Assembly: GCA_048550035.1 (NCBI GenBank)
Contig: JBLYYQ010000086.1
Coordinates: forward strand, 1 to 48,439
DNA: 48,439 nucleotides
Source of the DNA: Nitrospinota bacterium
GTDB lineage: Bacteria; Nitrospinota_A; UBA7883; JBLYYQ01
Direction: 5' to 3'
Shown here: one piece after another, positions 28,774 to 40,913 of the stretch
Position numbering within the stretch: position 1 is the first letter of the stretch
How the letters are laid out: each line of letters starts with the position of its first letter
Position numbers and translations under genes: made by a program
Notes under the pieces: generated by a model
Databases searched by the model: none
Told to the model about the DNA's origin: nothing
Seen by the model: only the letters and a program-made list of their open reading frames with translations

Positions 28774-30177
28774 TCATTTCCCTATGCAGTACTCGCTAAA
28801 TATTAGATCTAGCGCCTCTTCAGTTATGTTTTTACCTGTCAACTCCTCAATCGAATATCTGGCTGACTCCAAATCTGCAACTACAAACTCGCGCGATAAC
28901 CCTTTCTCTACTGTCTCAATAGCTAACCTGATCGAATTTAAAGTCTCATTAATCAGATTAAAATGGCGATCCCTCGTAATGACTGGCAGATTATCAGCTA
29001 CAGTAGAAGATGATTCAATAGTCGCTCTTATTAGCTCCTTTAGCTCCTCTAACCGATCAGAGGTTTTAGCAGATACCTTCACTATCGGATCTGAAAGCCC
29101 TCTATCTCTTAAATCAGATCTGCTCAATAGTTGCGGGAGATCAGATTTGTTCATAACCAGAATTTTTTTACTCGCTAAACGGCTTACCTCCTCAATAACT
29201 AGAAGATCTTCACTACTTAACCGCTCTGAACTATCAAATACTACTAATAAAAGATTGGCGATCGAAGCAAATTTGAGCGAACGATTAATCCCCTCGCGCT
29301 CAATTGAATCAGTTGTGCTACTAATGCCAGCACTATCTATTATCTTTATCTCGATCCCTGCTATTTGAAAAGATTCTTCAATAATATCTCTAGTCGTCCC
29401 TGCAACATCAGTTACAATTGCACGATCTTCTCCTAGCAACCGGTTCAATAGTGATGACTTTCCACTATTTGGGCGACCAATTAATATAGCGCTGCACCCA
29501 TCTCGATATAATTTTCCTTCTACCTCTGTTGCCTTAAGGGCATCTAGAGAATCTCTCAAGCTTATCAATTTGCATAATAATGACTTATCATCAATAATAT
29601 CAATGACTTCGTCTGGGAAATCTAATGAAACCTCTAACCTTGCTATAATATCTATTAGCTCCCCTTGCGCTATCGCTATTGCCTTTGAGAGTGAGCCTGT
29701 AAGGTGTGAAAATGCGGTTGACCATCCTCTATCTGAGCGACTCTTGATTATATCTATAATCGCTTCAGCCTGAACTAAATCGATCCGCCCATTAATAAAT
29801 GCTCTCTTAGAAAACTCACCACCTCTCGCTAGCCGACAATCGAATTCAGTCGTTACTAATTTTAATATCGCCCTCGCTGCAATCATCCCTCCATGAGAAG
29901 AAATTTCAATAATATCTTCACAAGTATAGCTCTTTGGACCTTGCATATATGTTAGCAGAACCTCGTCTATTTTTTCTCCAGTTGGCCGAACAATATATCC
30001 ATAATTAACTAACCTTGGGGTGAAACTCTTGACTTTTTTATCGGTCGCTGTCCGAAAAATAGAACTCCCTATCGAGAGTGATAGATCGCCTGAAATCCTG
30101 ATTATCGCTATTCCACCTTCACCTGCAGCTGTTGAAATGGCAGCTATCGTATCGCCATCTTCTGTTAGTACACTCAT
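28774..30177 (-). CDS. mnmE: tRNA modification GTPase MnmE (TrmE)
   Basis: 467 aa. N-terminus DTIAAISTAAGEGGIAIIRISG, G domain GRPNSGKSSLLN / DVAGTTRD / DSAG and the C-terminal CIGK motif. Confidence 0.95.
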   Translation of the reverse strand: MSVLTEDGDTIAAISTAAGEGGIAIIRISGDLSLSIGSSIFRTATDKKVKSFTPRLVNYGYIVRPTGEKIDEVLLTYMQGPKSYTCEDIIEISSHGGMIAARAILKLVTTEFDCRLARGGEFSKRAFINGRIDLVQAEAIIDIIKSRSDRGWSTAFSHLTGSLSKAIAIAQGELIDIIARLEVSLDFPDEVIDIIDDKSLLCKLISLRDSLDALKATEVEGKLYRDGCSAILIGRPNSGKSSLLNRLLGEDRAIVTDVAGTTRDIIEESFQIAGIEIKIIDSAGISSTTDSIEREGINRSLKFASIANLLLVVFDSSERLSSEDLLVIEEVSRLASKKILVMNKSDLPQLLSRSDLRDRGLSDPIVKVSAKTSDRLEELKELIRATIESSSTVADNLPVITRDRHFNLINETLNSIRLAIETVEKGLSREFVVADLESARYSIEELTGKNITEEALDLIFSEYCIGK

Positions 30178-30374
30178 GTTTTTTTAGATAGAATTTATTG
30201 AAAATTGCTGTTACTAAACTTCCATTGAGCTTGCAGTTCAAATGCTAAACAACTTTAATAAATGATAAACGCCTAGAGCCTATTAGCTTTTATCGCTTAT
30301 CAATATTATTAAATAATTTAGCAGATGCCGTCGAATCTACTTTAACTAACTTGGTCGACTGCCGTTAAGCAGTC

Positions 30375-31526
30375 CTACTTATAATATTTATGTTTCCTCT
30401 TATTGCCTGATTTTCTATCTTCCGATCCTGCAGGTGCAATAACAATTCGACGCCTTCTCCCTTCTCCTTCTGAGAAAGTCACTACCTCTTTACTGTCGGC
30501 CAACATCATATGAACCACTCGACGTTCGGCTCCGTTCATAGGAGGAAGCGATACTGGCTGACCCCGGCGAACAACATCGTATGCTCCATCTCTTGCAATC
30601 GTTTTTATCTTCTCCAGACAACGCTCTCTATAACGGTTAATATCAACTGTTACACGAATTCGATTACTTTCCGTCTTGTTAATCATAATGTCAATCAGAG
30701 ACTCTAGCGCATTTAATGTCACCCCCCGCTTCCCTATTAGCAGTCCAGTTATCTGATTCTGGCTACTTACATCTATAAGAAGTTTATCGGTCAGGCAGAA
30801 TCCATCAATCTTGGCATCTGCATCCATCCCTTTTAAAATTGTCTCAAGAAACGCTACAGCCTTAACTCTTATTTCATCACTAACAGGCGACTCTTCATCG
30901 TCACTATATACTGCAGGATCATGCTCTAACGAATCATCTCTAGCTACTTGATTATCAGAGTTGTTCCCTCTATTTGAAAAAGTTGCAGAGCTTTCACTCA
31001 AATTTTCATTCTCATATTCAGAATATAGATCTTCTGAATCTATCTCTCTATCTGAATCGTCACTTGGATCTGGTTGATAGAGCCTCTTTTTATATCCTCG
31101 CCCTTTGAATGGAATCTTTATCCGGTTCTTACCCTTATTAGCAGGCTCTGGCTGGTAAGTTGCCTCTAATGTCGTCAATAGAACTCTTTCTTGACGATCT
31201 GGCAGATCATCACCTTCTGCTTCAACTAGAATTACCTCGTTATCATCCCCGCCTTCACTCTCATCAACGCTCGTAGTTTCTACAGCCTCTGCTATATCTT
31301 CTTTCTCAAAATTAATCTCTTGAAAGTCACCGTCATCGGCATCTAAGTTAAGCTTACCCTGGAGTTTCCAGATTTTGCCACCAACTCCAAGAAACTTTCT
31401 TGTTATCTTCTCATCTGTAATCGTAACTTGCTCTAAACTTTCAACCGCCAACAACTCTAATAGCTTCTTTACTGCCTCTTCCTTGCTTCTACCTTCGGCC
31501 TCTACTATCTCACTCATATTGTACAA
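30375..31526 (-). CDS. Jag/KhpB-type RNA-binding protein (Jag_N + KH + R3H) with a long acidic insert
   Basis: 383 aa. Jag_N-like N-terminus (EAEGRSKEEAVKKLLELL), a C-terminal KH region (GLLIGKRGVTLNALESLI) and R3H (AERRVVHMML). Conserved position between yidC and mnmE. Confidence 0.8.
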   Translation of the reverse strand: MYNMSEIVEAEGRSKEEAVKKLLELLAVESLEQVTITDEKITRKFLGVGGKIWKLQGKLNLDADDGDFQEINFEKEDIAEAVETTSVDESEGGDDNEVILVEAEGDDLPDRQERVLLTTLEATYQPEPANKGKNRIKIPFKGRGYKKRLYQPDPSDDSDREIDSEDLYSEYENENLSESSATFSNRGNNSDNQVARDDSLEHDPAVYSDDEESPVSDEIRVKAVAFLETILKGMDADAKIDGFCLTDKLLIDVSSQNQITGLLIGKRGVTLNALESLIDIMINKTESNRIRVTVDINRYRERCLEKIKTIARDGAYDVVRRGQPVSLPPMNGAERRVVHMMLADSKEVVTFSEGEGRRRRIVIAPAGSEDRKSGNKRKHKYYK

Positions 31527-31535
31527 TCCTCTCTA

Positions 31536-33215
31536 TTATGTTTCTTTTGCCAGCTCATTAGTGGCCTCTCTATTTATGATCCCCTGCTGCGCTATTGTAA
31601 TGAGATTGTTAACCAACCAATAAATGACTAAACCAGATGGGAATGACAAAAATAAAAATGTAAATACTACCGGTAGTATCATCATAATTTTTCGTTGGGT
31701 CGGGTCGCCGGTGCTTGGTGTTAATAGCTGTTGAACAAACATTGAGGCTCCCATCAAGAGCGGAGTAATGTAATATGGATCTTTTTGTGAGAGATCTACA
31801 ATCCATAATATCCAAGGGGCTCCTTTTAATTCTATCGACTCTAACAACACCTTATACAGTGCAAAAAATATTGGTATCTGTAGCAACATCGGCATACAAC
31901 CAGATAGTGGGTTAACCTTATGTTCCTTATATAATCCCATTAACGCTTCGTTAAGACGCTCTTTATCCCCTTTATACATCGTCTGAATCCGCTTTAGATG
32001 AGGTTGCAATTTCTGCAATGCTTTCATTGATCTAAAGCTTTTCTGGGTCAATGGGAAAAAAAGAATTTTCGTCAAAACTGTAAGGGCAATTATCGACCAG
32101 CCCCAGTTATCAAAAATATTGTTAAACCAATTTAGGAGCCAATAAATAGGACGAGCTATAAAATCAAACCAACCATAATTTATTAATAACATTACAGTCG
32201 GATCATACTCTTTTAAAACCTTATGCACCTTTGGTCCTAAAAATATTCTAAAACTATATCCTTGCCCGGTCTCTAGTCCCTTACGCTCTACTGAATAAAG
32301 GTCATCACCTTCATAATGAGTCGCTATCTTGCTATCAATATTATCACCTAAATCGGTAATAAAGTTTGCATAATATCTGTTTACCAATGCTCCCCATTTG
32401 ATATCACCTTCGTAATTATAGGTCGGTTGATCCTCATCTGGCGAATCGGCTGCCTTGATATTGTTATTATAAACAATCGGTCCTTGGTATGAATAGATAG
32501 CCTGTAAGCTTGATTGCTCGTCTCCTAATCCAAACCAGAGTAGGCTATAGTCAAACTTTCCCCACTTCTGATTGGAGATTACCCGTAATTCTAAATCAAA
32601 ATGATACTTGTCATTATAAAAAGTATATAGCTTCTCAACCTTTATCCCAGATTGTTGGTCTACCACTCTCATTAGTAGATCGCGCTGCTCCCCAGTTTGG
32701 CGATCAGTTACAACTTCAAAATTTAGATGATTTAATTTGTCTGAAAATGATGATGATTCAAACTTGACTGATGGACTTGGAATAATCTTTACTTTACTAT
32801 CTGCACTTTGATGATAGATAAGATCAACCATCCCCCCATCAATCTCATTATAGTTCTTAAGCTTATATGATGAAATTACTCCACCTTCAGTATTAAGTGT
32901 AACTACTGCTAAATCTGTTTCGATCAAAATCGATCTTTTCTCTCCTCGTACAAGAGAAGAAGTCGGCTGATCATCCCCTAGTTCGTCACGATTTTCTAGA
33001 AGATCTAACGAAGGGAGTCTGCTATCTGATACTGTAGGAGTTGGATTCTCACTTCTGTTATCTACCTTATCAGACTCGCTCTGCTCGTTAGTCGCCACCT
33101 CTTCTGACTTAACCTGATTATTAGCTGGCGAACTGATCAGCTGATAAACTTGAAACATTAGAAATAGCCCTATCATTAAAAATAGAGCTGTAAATAGATT
33201 CTTTTGCTCATCCAT
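31536..33215 (-). CDS. yidC: Membrane protein insertase YidC
   Basis: 559 aa. N-terminal TM helix, a large periplasmic domain and the conserved C-terminal core (GWSIIALTVLTKILFFPL, GCMPMLLQIPIFFALY, SGLVIYW). Confidence 0.95.
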   Translation of the reverse strand: MDEQKNLFTALFLMIGLFLMFQVYQLISSPANNQVKSEEVATNEQSESDKVDNRSENPTPTVSDSRLPSLDLLENRDELGDDQPTSSLVRGEKRSILIETDLAVVTLNTEGGVISSYKLKNYNEIDGGMVDLIYHQSADSKVKIIPSPSVKFESSSFSDKLNHLNFEVVTDRQTGEQRDLLMRVVDQQSGIKVEKLYTFYNDKYHFDLELRVISNQKWGKFDYSLLWFGLGDEQSSLQAIYSYQGPIVYNNNIKAADSPDEDQPTYNYEGDIKWGALVNRYYANFITDLGDNIDSKIATHYEGDDLYSVERKGLETGQGYSFRIFLGPKVHKVLKEYDPTVMLLINYGWFDFIARPIYWLLNWFNNIFDNWGWSIIALTVLTKILFFPLTQKSFRSMKALQKLQPHLKRIQTMYKGDKERLNEALMGLYKEHKVNPLSGCMPMLLQIPIFFALYKVLLESIELKGAPWILWIVDLSQKDPYYITPLLMGASMFVQQLLTPSTGDPTQRKIMMILPVVFTFLFLSFPSGLVIYWLVNNLITIAQQGIINREATNELAKET

Positions 33216-33433
33216 TATGGTAAATCTACTCCACCTTTGAATAATGGGTTACATTTCATTAATCGTCCCAAACTTTTTAAACTCCCTCTCATAGGTCCAA
33301 ACTTCGTTATTGATTCTACTGTGTAATTAGAACAGGTTGGATAAAAACGGCAAGATGGTAATGTGAGTGGTGATATATACCGTTGGTACTGAGCAATCAA
33401 AAATATCATAATAGCTGCTAGGGTGCGACTCAT
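33215..33433 (-). CDS. yidD: Membrane protein insertion efficiency factor YidD
   Basis: 72 aa. YQRYISP...[10 protein letters not shown] signature. Its stop overlaps the yidC start. Confidence 0.9.
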   Translation of the reverse strand: MSRTLAAIMIFLIAQYQRYISPLTLPSCRFYPTCSNYTVESITKFGPMRGSLKSLGRLMKCNPLFKGGVDLP

Positions 33434-33439
33434 ATCAAA

Positions 33440-33766
33440 TTATCTCGCCAACCTATTCATTCTAGCTATAAATAGATTAAATAGCTCACTTACTTCATCA
33501 AACTTTATTATCTTCCGCTCCAGAGATGGCTTCATAGTAATTAGAATATCTAGACTTTGATCTAATTTAAATCTGTTCAATCTAAAAATCTCTCTAATAA
33601 CCCGTTTTACTCTATTTCTGTATGGAGCATTCCCTACTTTTTTAGGAACTCGTACCACTAAACGGCTACTCTCTAACTTATTAAAACAGGCTATAAATTC
33701 AATCGCTTCTCTTCTAAAGCGGTTTCCTGATTGATAAATACGGTTAATATCAGCTTTGAGATTAAT
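33440..33766 (-). CDS. rnpA: Ribonuclease P protein component (start codon uncertain, probably non-canonical)
   Basis: The track ORF (GTG at 33658, 72 aa) begins right at the KKVGNAPYRNRVKR RNR motif. The same frame stays open upstream and encodes an RnpA-like N-terminus (..NLKADINRIYQSGNRFRREAIEFIACFNKLESSRLVVRV). It has no ATG, GTG or TTG. The ATT at 33766-33764 would give 108 aa. Confidence 0.7.
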   Translation of the reverse strand: MNLKADINRIYQSGNRFRREAIEFIACFNKLESSRLVVRVPKKVGNAPYRNRVKRVIREIFRLNRFKLDQSLDILITMKPSLERKIIKFDEVSELFNLFIARMNRLAR

Positions 33767-33801
33767 CGTATCTTGTTTCCTGAACTTGAGGCTCGCTGAT
33801 T

Positions 33802-33936
33802 TTAAACTGTTAACCGTCGTCGCCCCTTGTCTCGTCTTGCTTTTAAAACTCGCCGACCACCTTTAGTTCTTTGCCTTGCTATAAACCCATGCCGGCGCTT
33901 TCTTCGTATATTGCTTGGCTGATATGTTCGCTTCAC
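33802..33936 (-). CDS. rpmH: 50S ribosomal protein L34
   Basis: Not in the ORF track. Hand translation from the GTG at 33936 gives [44 protein letters not shown] plus a stop, a textbook 44-aa L34. Lies immediately upstream of rnpA. Confidence 0.95.
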   Translation of the reverse strand: MKRTYQPSNIRRKRRHGFIARQRTKGGRRVLKARRDKGRRRLTV

Positions 33937-33978
33937 CTTATGACCTTTCCAACAAAATCTACATCTTGAAAAAAAGAT

Positions 33979-34008
33979 ATTTTAATCTATTGAATAGCTA
34001 GCTGTCAA
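33979..34008 (-). promoter_or_regulatory. Candidate sigma-70 promoter for rpmH-rnpA
   Basis: The minus strand reads TTGACA (34008-34003), an 18-nt spacer, then TAAAAT (33984-33979), about 40 nt upstream of the rpmH GTG. Confidence 0.4.
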
Positions 34009-34021
34009 CTTTTTCTTACGG

Positions 34022-34723
34022 CTACCCCTCTTCGCCTTGAATTTTGTATAGAGATCTAATGCCAGATTTTGCTAATTTTAACATCGCCTCTAGATTGCTA
34101 TTATCAAATGGCTCTGACTCTGCTGTTCCTTGGATCTCTACAAATTTGTCAGCATCAGTCATAACGATATTCATATCAACCTCTGCTTTAGAATCTTCAT
34201 TATAATCTAAATCTAGTAGTACTTCCCCTCCTAATAGCCCGACAGAAACCGCTGCTACCTTACCTTTGATTGGATCTTCACTGATCCGATTTTGATCTAG
34301 TAACGAATTGACTGCCTCTCGTAATGCTATATAGCCGCCTGTGATCGCTGCACATCTCGTACCTCCATCTGCCTGCAATACATCGCAATCTATAATTATA
34401 GTCCGTTTGCTTAGAAGCTTTAGATCTACAACCGAACGTAAGCTCCGACCTATTAGACGTTGAATCTCCATTGTCCGCCCTGATGCACCACGCCGTTCGC
34501 GAATTGTCCGTCTGTTGGTTGCAGTTGGTAACATTGCATATTCGGCTGTCAACCAACCTTTCCCACTATCTATTAAAAAAGGGGGGACTCGATCTTCTAC
34601 TGTCGCTGTACAGAGTACTACTGTCGATCCTAATGTTATCAATGCAGAGCCTGCTGCATGACAGTTACTATTTAGCTTGACTGTGTGCGGTCGCAGTTGA
34701 TCAGCTTTCCTATCTATCCTCAT
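34022..34723 (-). CDS. rph: Ribonuclease PH
   Basis: 233 aa. RKADQLRP, GSALITLGSTVVLCTA, GRTMEIQRLIGRSLR and DCDVLQADGGTR. Confidence 0.95.
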   Translation of the reverse strand: MRIDRKADQLRPHTVKLNSNCHAAGSALITLGSTVVLCTATVEDRVPPFLIDSGKGWLTAEYAMLPTATNRRTIRERRGASGRTMEIQRLIGRSLRSVVDLKLLSKRTIIIDCDVLQADGGTRCAAITGGYIALREAVNSLLDQNRISEDPIKGKVAAVSVGLLGGEVLLDLDYNEDSKAEVDMNIVMTDADKFVEIQGTAESEPFDNSNLEAMLKLAKSGIRSLYKIQGEEG

Positions 34724-34776
34724 ATTCTATTTCTCTTATCCCTTTTATTATCAATCAGTTACAAACTTATACTATT

Positions 34777-35586
34777 TTAAATATTGACTAGCTTTAAACT
34801 ATCAATCTTAATTTTATCTTGCGTAAACCGTTTTGCTACCTTCAGTGTCCGCTCTGGCGAATCTGTTACATTAATTATAATTTGACCCTCCTCGCTACTA
34901 TTTGAAAGTAGAGATTTTGCTATCAGTTGCTCTTTTAAGAGCTTGGCTGTCTCATTGGCAGAGTCGACCAGCGTTATATTGCTACCTAGCAATTTCCCGA
35001 TCGTACCTCTCAAATGTGGATAGTGTGTGCAACCTAAAATTATTGTATCAACTTTACCTTGGAAATCTGTTAGATATTTTTTAGCGATTAGCCTAGTGAT
35101 TTCGTTATCTACCCATCCTTCTTCTACTAATGGGACAAAGAGAGGACAAGCTTTACTATAGACCTTAATCTTACTATCTGCATCTTTGATTAGCCGCTCA
35201 TAGATGTTTGAACGGATTGTTGACTCTGTACCTATTACACCGATTGAGCCATCGCTAACCTTAACTGCTCTTGCAACTCCGCTGTCGATCACACCTATTA
35301 TTGGAATAGTAAATCGCTTTTTCAGATGGTCTAATGCATATGCTGATGCTGTATTGCAAGCTACCACAATACATTTGACATTCTCCTTTAAGAGCAACTC
35401 CACATTGCTTATCGAATAGTCTGTTACAGTCGCTTCTGATTTGATACCATAAGGTAACCTAGCAGTGTCGGCTAGATAGATTATATTCTCTTGCTCAATG
35501 ATATTATGGATCGCAGTTAAAAGTGTTAGCCCTCCTAACCCTGAGTCAAATATCCCAATCGGGCGAGAATCAGTTGACTGGCTCAA
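34777..35586 (-). CDS. murI: Glutamate racemase
   Basis: 269 aa. IGIFDSGLGGLT, VVACNTAS and ILGCTHYP catalytic Cys motifs. Confidence 0.92.
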   Translation of the reverse strand: MSQSTDSRPIGIFDSGLGGLTLLTAIHNIIEQENIIYLADTARLPYGIKSEATVTDYSISNVELLLKENVKCIVVACNTASAYALDHLKKRFTIPIIGVIDSGVARAVKVSDGSIGVIGTESTIRSNIYERLIKDADSKIKVYSKACPLFVPLVEEGWVDNEITRLIAKKYLTDFQGKVDTIILGCTHYPHLRGTIGKLLGSNITLVDSANETAKLLKEQLIAKSLLSNSSEEGQIIINVTDSPERTLKVAKRFTQDKIKIDSLKLVNI

Positions 35587-36125
35587 TTAACTAGCTCATT
35601 ACTTATATCAAGATGGCTTATAAATAGTTCGCTCTCTTCATCATCAATTAATATTTTAAGTTTATCAATCGACTCGGAGTTTGCCTGGATAGTTCTAAAT
35701 AATGATTCTAACAAAAGCTCTTCCTCAACTATTCCCCCATTAAAATCTTTTCTAAATCTTGAGTCTATATTTATTATTGCAGTCTGATTATAAATAAAAA
35801 CATCTTTTAGCTCAATCGGCTTATTGAGAATCTCTCCACTATTTATATCATTGGTCAGAGTTGCTACTACAGTTTTGATATTCAAATTGTCACTATCCTC
35901 TTTCTTTAATTCTACTTGTCGCTCAACTAACTTCTCATGGTTTGCATCAATTACAAAAAGACTAAAATTAGCATATCGACCCTTAAAGCTACCGATATCT
36001 GAAGCATTATCCTTTATCAGCGCAGTAGGGAAAGGTGAGCTTAAGAGATAATATCCAATCAGTGATAAAAGTATCAGGTTTGATACGACTAATGAGATAA
36101 TAATTCTCTTCGTTGTAAATAGCAT
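35583..36125 (-). CDS. Membrane-anchored GerMN-like domain protein (hypothetical)
   Basis: 180 aa. N-terminal TM helix. The C-terminal part resembles GerMN (..AIINIDSRFRKDFNGGIVEEELLLESLFRTI...KILIDDEE). Overlaps both neighbours by 1-4 nt, downstream of the amidase. The family call is tentative. Confidence 0.4.
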   Translation of the reverse strand: MLFTTKRIIISLVVSNLILLSLIGYYLLSSPFPTALIKDNASDIGSFKGRYANFSLFVIDANHEKLVERQVELKKEDSDNLNIKTVVATLTNDINSGEILNKPIELKDVFIYNQTAIINIDSRFRKDFNGGIVEEELLLESLFRTIQANSESIDKLKILIDDEESELFISHLDISNELVN

Positions 36126-36871
36126 CAGGAATTATCTTGGCTCTTATTATTTAAAACTAGGCTAACTTTCTGTATCGCATTATAAAAGTGTTGCGCTAAC
36201 TGATCTAATTTTTCTTTATCACTAACTATTGTCGTTGCCCCACTATCTGCAAAATCTATCATCTCAACTATAATCGCTGCCGAGTTAATCTCTCCTAGAA
36301 ATAATCGGTTTGACTTCCTGACCACTATTTTATCATTTATACCATAAAATTGTGAGAGCTCTTCTTGAACAGTCGTTGCAAGTAGCCTTGAGCTTTCACT
36401 ATGCTTCCGATTTTGATAAGCAAATAGATCATCCCGGTCTAGCTTTGTAGCTACTGGTTTATCTATGAAAATTGTTAATGGTCTATTCAATCGCTGTTTG
36501 GCAGCTGCTAGATGTAGGGCTATATAAATATCTACTTTCGATCTGTTTGCTCGTGTTATTCTATCTAAAACCGAACTCTCTTCTTCTATATTGCGAACTA
36601 TAATAAACCTTAAATTGTCTTCTTGCCGAAGTTTGCTAACGATTAGGTTTGCAACCTTTAATGTAATATTTTTTTCTAAAAAACCAGCACTATCTGTTAC
36701 CCCTAGATCAGAGCCTCCATGTCCTGGATCAAGCGCTATTACTGTCGCATTACCTGTAGTTTGAAAAACAGTCGTAGAGAGTAATATTAATAAGATTGTT
36801 TGATAAAGAAATTTTATGCAAAAACTAGCTTTCCTATCAAACAGTAGATCACTTTTATCACTAGTAATCAT
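36125..36871 (-). CDS. N-acetylmuramoyl-L-alanine amidase (Amidase_3, AmiC-like)
   Basis: 248 aa. Signal/anchor sequence, then IALDPGHGGSDLGV and DIYIALHLAA, typical of the zinc amidase_3 family. Confidence 0.8.
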   Translation of the reverse strand: MITSDKSDLLFDRKASFCIKFLYQTILLILLSTTVFQTTGNATVIALDPGHGGSDLGVTDSAGFLEKNITLKVANLIVSKLRQEDNLRFIIVRNIEEESSVLDRITRANRSKVDIYIALHLAAAKQRLNRPLTIFIDKPVATKLDRDDLFAYQNRKHSESSRLLATTVQEELSQFYGINDKIVVRKSNRLFLGEINSAAIIVEMIDFADSGATTIVSDKEKLDQLAQHFYNAIQKVSLVLNNKSQDNS

Positions 36872-36879
36872 ATCAATAG

Positions 36880-39327
<2,448 letters not shown>

Positions 39328-39465
39328 TTATTCCCACTTATAATTGAAGATAAATCTCGATTCTGCTATTGGAACTACTAAATTGAAAATTCGGGAGCTT
39401 TTAACTCAATCTGTTGACAATTTTAAGATTGTCACTCTGTAGGAATACTACTTACAAACAGATAG

Positions 39466-40878
39466 CTATTTATAAGTAGTATTGAGATTGCTCTCTAAAA
39501 TTTTGTTCCACTTCTTGGCTGGAATATTGTCTGCTATCATAGCATGGCATGAGTCACAACTTTGAGTGATATTATTACCATCTTTATCTTTCATCCGTTG
39601 ATTATGGCAACGATAGCAGCCTTCACCTTGAGCATCATGACCTAGATTATCTTTATAGGTCGACCAAGTTATATTCATATCCTTATAATAGTTAGCACTA
39701 ACCTCTTGTTCAATCAGCTTGCTACTCTCTTCAAGATCAATATTGGCTGTTGGCCACTCTACTTGCAATTTATTAGAAATATAGCTTTCCCTATCATCTC
39801 TATCAATAATTGCTGCATTTTCTATGATTGAGACTAGCTTCGGTTTCGCATATGGGAGCTCTTCACTAAACAACCCTTCAACTAAAAATTTATCTGCTAA
39901 ACTACCTGACTTCTTAAATGGATGTCCTGTTCTGTTGTGACAATCAATGCAGTTAAAACTTCTGATCGATCCTTTATTATCAGATGAACCATTACTACCT
40001 TCTAGTTCCCATCTCTTTAAATTACCATCTACTCGTGCCTCCACCCAACTAATCTTATTACCACTTTTATCATCGGCGTAGTATCTAATCTCTAAGTTGT
40101 CAGCTACATGAAAGTGAGGTCCTTGATCGCTACTACCTCCTATATCAAGTAAGACAGCAGATATCTTTTTTGAACTCTCTTTATCATTGCCAAAGCTAGT
40201 ATAAACATTCATCTTCTTATACATATCTTTTTCCAGCTTATGACAGTTTAGACATGTTTCACTAGTTGAAGGGATATCTGTAGTCGAGGTTAATATCGGT
40301 CTATCATAGTGCTTAAATAAAATCGATACTACCTGTAGCATCCCTCTACTCTTTGCTTCTACCATCCCTGCGACACCTTCTCCTACATGACAATCAACAC
40401 ATGGAACAGTAGAGTGAGGTCCAAGGTTATGCGCAACCGCTTGAGGTTCCATTACACTATGACAGGTCTCTCCACAAAACTTGGTCGAATCGGCAAAATT
40501 CATCGCCTCTATCCCACCTATAAATGCAACAGCTACAAAGATCAATGTCCCTGCTATAAGGATTGAAACTGTCTTATACTCTACTATATCAGATGGTTCA
40601 TCTAATATAATAGAATCCTTTGCTTCTTTATCCTTATAGAGAAAGTGGCTAACAGCTATCAATCCTAATCCTACTATAACTCCAAAAGGGAGCACCAAAA
40701 ATCCGATCGCACCAAAATAGGGATTTATCGATTTAGAACTCAAGAAATAAAGTAATAAGAAAATAGATAGTATTACTATAGAGCCTACTGTTAATATTGC
40801 ACCTATAGTCCGAAGCCAGTTATTAGTAAGCCATACTGCTAGATTAACAACTCCTCTCAACACAATATACTTTAACAT
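39466..40878 (-). CDS. Membrane-anchored multihaem cytochrome c (6 CxxCH; NapC/NirT-like first haem module)
   Basis: 470 aa with several N-terminal TM helices. Six CxxCH motifs are seen: CGETCH, CVDCH, CLNCH, CIDCH, CYRCH, CDSCH. The first motif context FCGETCHSVMEP resembles the NapC/NrfH family. Confidence 0.75.
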   Translation of the reverse strand: MLKYIVLRGVVNLAVWLTNNWLRTIGAILTVGSIVILSIFLLLYFLSSKSINPYFGAIGFLVLPFGVIVGLGLIAVSHFLYKDKEAKDSIILDEPSDIVEYKTVSILIAGTLIFVAVAFIGGIEAMNFADSTKFCGETCHSVMEPQAVAHNLGPHSTVPCVDCHVGEGVAGMVEAKSRGMLQVVSILFKHYDRPILTSTTDIPSTSETCLNCHKLEKDMYKKMNVYTSFGNDKESSKKISAVLLDIGGSSDQGPHFHVADNLEIRYYADDKSGNKISWVEARVDGNLKRWELEGSNGSSDNKGSIRSFNCIDCHNRTGHPFKKSGSLADKFLVEGLFSEELPYAKPKLVSIIENAAIIDRDDRESYISNKLQVEWPTANIDLEESSKLIEQEVSANYYKDMNITWSTYKDNLGHDAQGEGCYRCHNQRMKDKDGNNITQSCDSCHAMIADNIPAKKWNKILESNLNTTYK

Positions 40879-40913
40879 CGTAAGCCCCTATATCTCTATT
40901 TCAGTAAGTAAGT

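Noticed and set aside
28529-29368. 279-aa plus-strand ORF spanning the mnmG start and mnmE end
   Set aside because: It is entirely antisense to two strongly supported genes (MnmG, MnmE). The product is low-complexity and S/I/L-rich, with no recognisable motifs and no RBS. It is a typical shadow ORF.
39410-39445. Hairpin TGACAAT-N6-ATTGTCA downstream of the hexahaem cytochrome gene, as an intrinsic terminator
   Set aside because: No U-tract follows on the minus strand. It may instead overlap gyrB promoter elements. It is not supportable as a terminator from sequence alone.
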